Shown here one piece after another: positions 48,044 through 64,000 of a DNA stretch of 64,000 nt. How positions within the stretch are numbered: the stretch's first letter is position 1; the number at the start of each line of letters is the position of its first letter. Origin of the DNA: Eledone cirrhosa (lineage: Eukaryota); assembly GCA_964016885.1 (NCBI GenBank), contig OZ024741.1:216752001-216816000 (forward strand). Direction: 5' to 3'. Position numbers and translations under genes: made by a program. A model generated the notes under the pieces. It made no database searches. It saw only the letters and a program-made list of their open reading frames with translations, and was not told the DNA's origin.

Positions 48044-50820
48044 TATTATAGGTCCGTACGAAGCTAAGAAGAAATGTGTGTGTATATGTGAGTAAAAGAG
48101 TGTGTGTGCATGTAAGTACGAAGCTATGAGCCAAAATATGTTAATATAAGGTTGTGTATCGGCATGTATTAATTGTAAGAGAAGCTGCTAATGATCAAGA
48201 GAAAGCGATAGGAATCTAAGGGTGTGATAATGGACGGAGTATTAGAGAAATTGGGGAGGTGAGTTGAGTCCAAGAGGGGAATAGGATCCAAGGCGGTGAA
48301 TCAGACTTTGTTCAGTCATGGTGCATGAGGCCTGTGATCCATGATGTAAAAGGACACCAAGGACTGAAACATGTAGGGAAGGAGTATCCAGACCGAGTCG
48401 TATGTCCCTTAAATGTTCGGCAAAACGGCGTCCCGTTTGTCCGCAAAGGGAACACCGGAGGGCATAGACCACGTGGGTGGATGTGCAGGTGAAGGAATGG
48501 CGGATACGGAAAGACCCGTTAGGGCCTGTAAGAGTGGTGAGGGTGGAAATAAAGGGACAGGTGTTGCAGAGGGAACGAGAACAAGGAGGAGAACCGGGTG
48601 GAGTCGTGGGAGAGGATGAAAAGGAACTGCGAACCAGGAGGTCGCTGAGGTTTCGGGTGGGCTTAAAAGCAGTAATGGGTGGGTTTGGAAAAAAGCGAGA
48701 AGTGTCGGGGTCAGAAGAGAGGATACGGATGGAACGGAGGATATGTCGCCGGAGTGATAGGGTGATGGGGTGGTAGATGAGAGGAAAGGAACACGGATGT
48801 TGGGAGGGCGGGGTGAGGTGAGAGGACTGTGGTGCGGTCTGTTTCACGGGCGCGGGTGACAGCAGCTTGGATTAAGGTGAGGGGATATCCACGCTGGATG
48901 AAGCATGAAGCCATGCGAAGGGAATGGGTTTCGAAATCGTCGCCCTGGCTACAGAGTCGACGAAGACGGAGGAATTGGGTATAGGCTATGGAGTGTTTGG
49001 TGTGGGTTGGATGGGAGGAGGTGAAGTAGAGATAAGATTGGGAGTCTGTTGGTTTAATGTAGATGGAAGTAGAGAGGGTGTGGTGAGAGTGATTAATAGG
49101 TAGAGATATATCTAGAAAAGCGACAGAAGAATCGGAGACGGAGGCGGTGAAATTGAGAGCAGGATGGAAAGATTGGACGAAAGAAAGAAAACAGTTGAGC
49201 TGTTCTCGTGATAGAGAGGTGGCGCCAATACAGTCGTCGATATAACGATCGTATAACTCAGGAGTCGGTCTAGCGGACTGGGAGAAGATCTGGGCTTCGA
49301 CGTAGCCAACAAACAAGTTGGCATAGTTTGGACCCATTCTGGTTCCCATCGCTACCCCAGAGACCTGCTGGTAAAATTCACCCGAAAAAGAAAATCCATT
49401 AAGGGTGAGAACAAGCTCAGCCAGACGGAGAAGAGTGGTAGTGCTGGGGTAAGGGGTAGGGCGTAAATCTAAAAAATGCTGGAGAGCGCGGAGGCCGTCA
49501 TCATGAGGGATGACGGTACAGAGAGAAGTGATGTCCAGGGTAAAGAGAAGGCGGGAGGGACCAGGAGGGAAGGAGAAAGAGTTGAAAAGTCTAAGGGCAT
49601 GATTTGAATCGTGGATGTGGGAGGGGAGATTGCCGACCAACGGGGCAAGGATGGTGTCTAAATATTCAGAAATTATCTCGGTGGAGCAGTTGCACGCAGA
49701 AAAGTTAGTACGGCCAGGATAATTTTGTTTGTGTATTTTGGGGAGGAAGTAGATGGTGGGTGTGCGACGGGTGCGTACAATAAGGTTGATGGCTGTGGGG
49801 GGTAGGTGAGAGGAGGAAATGAGCTCGTGGATGGTGGAGGACATGAGTTGTTGGTAGCCAGGAGTGGGGTAGGAGGATAAAGGGCGGTAAAAAAAGGGTA
49901 TTGTGAAGCTGGCCGAGAGCTTCAACCCTATAGAGGTCAGCGCTCCAAACCACCACAGCGCCACCTTTGTCAGCGGGTTTGATGACAATGTCATCGCGAC
50001 GCCAAAGGTTGCGAAGAGCGGAGAGCTCAGTCAGCGTGATGTTAGAGCGACGAGAATGCTGGTGGAAACGGAACCGATTCACAGTACGCCGGCAAATATC
50101 GACAAAGGAGTCGAGGGTGCTGTACTGGCCAGAGCTCGGCGTCCAATGTGATTGCCGGCCACTGAGACGAGTGATGTCATCCGTCTGTGTCGATGATGGC
50201 GTGAAAAAAAGCTTTCAGCTTTAATCGACGGAAGAAACCTTCAATCTCGGCACGTGTACGGAACTCGTTGCAGGTAGATGTGGTTGGTATACCACATCTA
50301 CCTGCAACGAGTTCTGCAACGGGCGAGCAGGGAGGTGATATGAGTATGGGTGGTGACGGTAGGCGGGGAGCGAAGAGAGTCGAGTTTATGGTTTTTTGCG
50401 GAAGTGAGGAAATTGAAAAGGAGGCGATTGGGGTAAAGGATGAATTGGATAAGGGATTGGGCGAGGAAAGGGTGGCAAGTGGAGGAGAGATGGAGGTAGG
50501 CCTTTGGGAGATCTCGGTCGAGAGAACGGATTTGGGGGAGAGTTGATTGAATGGTCTCTCGCATGAGCTGGCGAGAGGAGCGGGTAAGGATGGGTTCAAT
50601 GGTGGGAGCAGATTAAGAGGTGGGGTGAAACTTGAGGCGGAAACCGCGGGGAATGACGTGGTGGTGGAGACAGCGACTTAAAAATGTGATGTGACTGTTG
50701 TATCGTGTTTTGGTGAAGATGGAGTTGGAGAGATGCAGGGGGATTGGATGCATATAGGGGAGAGGTTGGAGGAGGCGCTTGAGAGTAGAATGGAGCTGGC
50801 GGAGAAAAGATTTGAGATTG
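47678..50820 (-). mobile_element. Decayed Neptune-type PLE with 3' pLTR and degenerate HHR (47746-47781)
   Basis: IKPADKGGAVVV, YFLPKIHK, LDITSL, GVAMGTRMGPNYANLF, RYIDD, AFLDI, CSRSLCNTC, VVYALRC..GQT; N-terminal HITFLSRC..VIPRGF; several frameshifts. Confidence 0.9.
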
Positions 50821-51185
50821 GGAATATTATATATACACAATGTGGTCTACCAAATGAAAACCTGCACTATATTCATAAGCAATCTAACCACCCTAGCTCT
50901 ATCCTCGACTACCGAGTCTACAACATATCACTTAGGATCTCAAGACTGTCAGCTAATGAGAACATCTTCTACAAGAATGCGCCATACTACAATGAAGCCC
51001 TAGCTAGAAGCGGATACAAAGAGCACATCATATATACCGAATAATAGGATCACTGAGCCAGCGCCTACGATCTATAAAAAGCACAAAAAATGAGTGCCTA
51101 AGAACGGTTCTGATAGTCTTATTTCTACTAATACTTCCTCCGTTAATTTAATTCCCAAATCTAGGACAAACCCTATACCTACAAA

Positions 51186-51328
51186 GGCGCATGGCTTAGT
51201 GGTTAGAGCATTGGGCTTGCAATCGAAAGGTTGTGAGTTCAATTCTCGGACCGGGTGATGTGGTGTTTCCTTGAGCAAGACACTTTATTTTACGTTGCTC
51301 CAGTTTACTCAGCTGTAGAAATGAGATG
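51186..51328 (+). mobile_element. tRNA-headed SINE with a V-/Meta-SINE-like core
   Basis: TGGCTTAGTGG A box, GAGTTCAATTC B box, TCCTTGAGCAAGACACTTTA core. Confidence 0.7.
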
Positions 51329-51849
51329 ATAGGACTGGGGTCCCTATCATTAAATTACCCAAGACACGTCCAACGAGATATACCTTGGAGGAGGCCAGCT
51401 AAACCTGTATAGGTGTGAGCTGTCACACAAACCCCGTGGAAAACAAGGACTTATTTCCTATGGACAACTCTTCTAATCTTCCTTCTACTAATGCATGCCA
51501 TATTTCAGCACCGAACATTACTAACAATGTAGGTGCTAATAACTGGACCAAGCGAACGGATAATGTAAGTAAAAACCTCCTATATCATAACTCTGGAGTA
51601 ACATTAAATGTGCATTCACCTAGTTCTATAAATAATCATTCTACAGTAGCTGACTTAGCCACACTTATACAAATGCCTTCACCTGCTAACCTTTCCGACC
51701 AAGCGTCTACTAAAATTTCTGATAATGGAGTGCTCGAACTGCAAAATATGCCATCATAGCGAATCATACAGACTTAGCTAGACAACAATATAATACTCCT
51801 GAATCACATGAAAATATCAACCACAAGCCTATTCTACATCATATAGGCA

Positions 51850-52037
51850 ATAATTGTTTCCACTTTTGGCACAAGGCCATCAATTACCCAGTGCATTACT
51901 GGTACTTTATTTTATCGACCCCGTAAGGATGAAAGGCAAAGTTAACCTCGGCGGGATTTGAACTCAGAATGGAAAGGGCCGTAACTCAATGCGTCAAAGC
52001 ATGGCGTCCGACCCTCTACCGATACTGCCAATCCACC
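51850..52037 (-). mobile_element. Nin-domain tRNA-SINE
   Basis: Full-length family match. Confidence 0.85.
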
Positions 52038-52927
52038 ATACAGGCAATAATAATAGTTATAATATTCCCTCCAACTTCTCTAATTATACCAACACCCCTC
52101 ATCAAATTGAGAATAAGCATAAAAATAAGGGTAAAACTAGAATTAGATGTCGTAAAAGAAACATCACGTGGTATGATGAAACACGCTATGCTAGTACCAC
52201 CTTTAATTACTTCCCTTTCACCAATCGAGTTCGCACTATATGCATATAAGCCTCTCCAGCCGATATTTCATACGTAAACACCATATAGGTTTTAGCTATT
52301 TTTTTTATCTCAGCATCGAGTAAGTAAATATCACTGATGACGAATCAAAAAACAGAAACAGCTGTCTGGCATTCTTACTGCTACTGAGATAGTTATGACA
52401 TGATCACTAATTTTAAAAAAAACTTCATAGCCAGACCCTTATCGTATATGATCTCATATACACCTCTATGACATATTTATATACATTAGTATTTTTATCA
52501 TACAGAAACTACGTAATATGACGGCTGCAGCTTGATAACGCCTGTCTTCTCCAAACTAGTAGTTGGTGCGGGTCTGTGGTTGATTTATGGAATATTGGGC
52601 TGTGGGTTGACGGTTGGTTTAGCGATAAATGCTGAGAGATTTGTTTATGGGTTAGGGGATTCGCCGGTTTTATTTGTATACCCACATTTATATACATACA
52701 TTATTCATATGCAAACACTCATATACATGCATTCATATACACACATTTATATACATTCATTCTTATATATACATTTACATACATACATTTGTATGGCCTT
52801 CTACCTAACTTAAATTTAATCCTAAGACCAGACAAAATGTTCGTAAGGGTGTAGATAAAATTATGAGTCAAACATCGAAGATTCGATTTTAAAAGAATAC
52901 ACTCCATCCTTCCACATATCTTTGGCC

Positions 52928-53178
52928 TTGATGATGATGATGATGATGATGATCATCATCATCATCATCATCATCATCAACAACATTATGATCACCATCA
53001 ACAGCATCAACATCAATATCATCAACATCATCATCATTATCATCACCATCAAGATCAACGATATCATGATCAACATCATAGTCAACATCAACAACATCAC
53101 CATCATCATCATCATCATCATCATCGTCGTCGTCATCATCATCATCAAATCACCATCATCAACAACAACACCAACAGT
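52928..53178. repeat. (GAT)n switching to (CAT/CAA)n trinucleotide tract
   Basis: Direct reading. Confidence 0.95.
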
Positions 53179-53903
53179 AATATTGGGTGTGCCTCACTAT
53201 GACGATCCTGTGAAAATATTTCCACAAAATTATACATAATTAAATACATGTCAACTACCTCCAGAACTCTTAATAAAAGACACAAAAATGGCTGTTTCAG
53301 TTAACAGGCGTCCAATAGACATAAAACAATCTATACAATAGACATGCGGTAGACACAACTAACTGGTTTCAATATCTATTGTTCCTTTATTGTTGGATCT
53401 CGTCTTAGTTGTTGTTGTTGTGGTTGTTGCCGCTGTGGTTGACCTTCTATGAGGTTGCGTCTCATAAGCAGTTTCTAGGGTGTTTTAATTATAGCGACAG
53501 TTAAAAACTGTGTAGTTTTAGCTGACCTCTTACAAGGTTGCATCTCATAGAGGGGTTTCTAGGGTGTACCATGTTGTTATTACAATTCACACCTATGTAC
53601 GTTTAGCTAATCTCTTAAAAATTTGTATATCATAGAAGGTTTCTCGTGCGTTGCAATTTTAAGGGCCTCGGACTTATGTAGTTTTAGTTGCAGCTCAAGC
53701 CTATGCTGGTTTAACTGACCTCCTAAGGGCATACATCTCATAACATGGACATTGTTACGTCTATAATGGTACCTTACCGGATTTTCTAAGCTATTGTTTT
53801 TAGCATTCGATTGTGGCTACAGTTAATTTCTGCGTTTAGGATTCCGACAACCTCTAAGAATTTTAATCCTAACCAAACGCCTCAATACTTTATATACACA
53901 ATG

Positions 53904-55040
<1,137 letters not shown>

Positions 55041-55487
55041 CTACAACTACTAATAATAATATTACTACTACTACACCTTCACGGTCATAGAGAGCTTGAG
55101 TTTGGGCTAAACAACAATAACTGCAACTACTACTACTACAATGGAAATAAACAAACAAGGGTGGGGCCTAAGAACAACATCCAAAGAAATATCCATTAAA
55201 GTTATATATTGTAAAATAAATATATTGTTGTATTGTGTATATTGTTGTCTATTGTTGTATATTTTTGTATAAACGATCTCATACGTGAGAAATTTCTTTT
55301 ATTTCACTCTCCACAAACAAAACCAGGCAATTATATTGAGTTTTGAGTTTCCTGTATGATTGTGCGTGTGTGTGTGTATATGTGTGTGTGTGCGTGTGTG
55401 TGTGTGTGTGTAGACACACAGTAGATACAAGGTAGACACACAAGTAACTGGTTTCAATATCTATTGTTCCTTTATTGTTGGATTTTC

Positions 55488-55735
55488 ACAGTTGAAAATT
55501 GCAAACTCGACTGTCACCACATATCATGAACCTGAAGATTGCGAAAGCATGAAAGTACTTGTTCAATTAACACTTAGAATTTAATATTCTATCATACTAT
55601 TTCATTATAATACCATTATATATATTTTAAAGGATTGTAAATAAAACGAGTAAATCAGACAAAGTTGGAATTCCTCTTATTAATATAATCTTCTATACAC
55701 AATCATACACACCCGTGTATATTTACCTATCTATA

Positions 55736-55738
<3 letters not shown>
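55488..55738 (+). mobile_element. Solo 5'-truncated pLTR of the active PLE, with HHR at 55527-55565
   Basis: Appears identical to 33928-34178; ends in (CT)n(TA)n. Confidence 0.95.
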
Positions 55739-55798
<60 letters not shown>

Positions 55799-55939
55799 GT
55801 GTATATATTGATTTTGCAGTCGAAAATCTATAAAATTGGTCATTACAACTTTGTGCTGTCATTGTGTAAATCTAACATTTTATTTGTTTATGTGAGAGTT
55901 TAACGAGTGTTTTGTGTCATTCTTACACTTAAATAAACG

Positions 55940-64000
<8,061 letters not shown>

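Larger units (their letters stand above)
50825..52520 (+). mobile_element. Fragmented Naiad-type PLE interrupted by SINEs; degenerate HHR at ~52330-52370
   Basis: YIHKQSNHP..ISLRISRLS..YNEALARSGY; RKRNITWY; CTGATGA..GAAA-CAGCTG-TC. Confidence 0.6.

Overview
AT-rich, microsatellite-rich eukaryotic DNA, most likely an octopod cephalopod (inferred from abundant Nin-domain tRNA-SINEs and (TA)n/(GT)n/(TACA)n tracts). I can support no host protein-coding gene; the window is a nest of retroelements. The centrepiece (29312-38390) is a very young, intact Penelope-like element (PLE, Neptune-type RT + Cys-rich linker + GIY-YIG) present as two near-identical 4.1-kb copies arranged head-to-head around one shared pseudo-LTR. 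The element has two overlapping ORFs: a 449-aa coiled-coil/basic ORF1 and an RT-EN ORF in the -1 frame. They are joined by an in-frame HIV-type slippery heptamer T_TTT_TTA (35481-35487), which suggests gag-pol-like programmed -1 frameshifting to a ~1194-aa fusion. Each pLTR carries a minimal hammerhead ribozyme (HHR). About 20 intact or degenerate HHR motifs from several PLE families occur across the window. Also present are fold-back insertions with asymmetric tails in (TA)n, Naiad-type and other PLE relics, RTE/CRE/Tx1 LINE fragments, a decayed tandem tRNA-Val (TAC/CAC/AAC) array, a 24-bp minisatellite in inverted blocks, and a ~1.8-kb tandem repeat from ~55.9 kb to the window end. All calls were made by eye; none were checked against a database.
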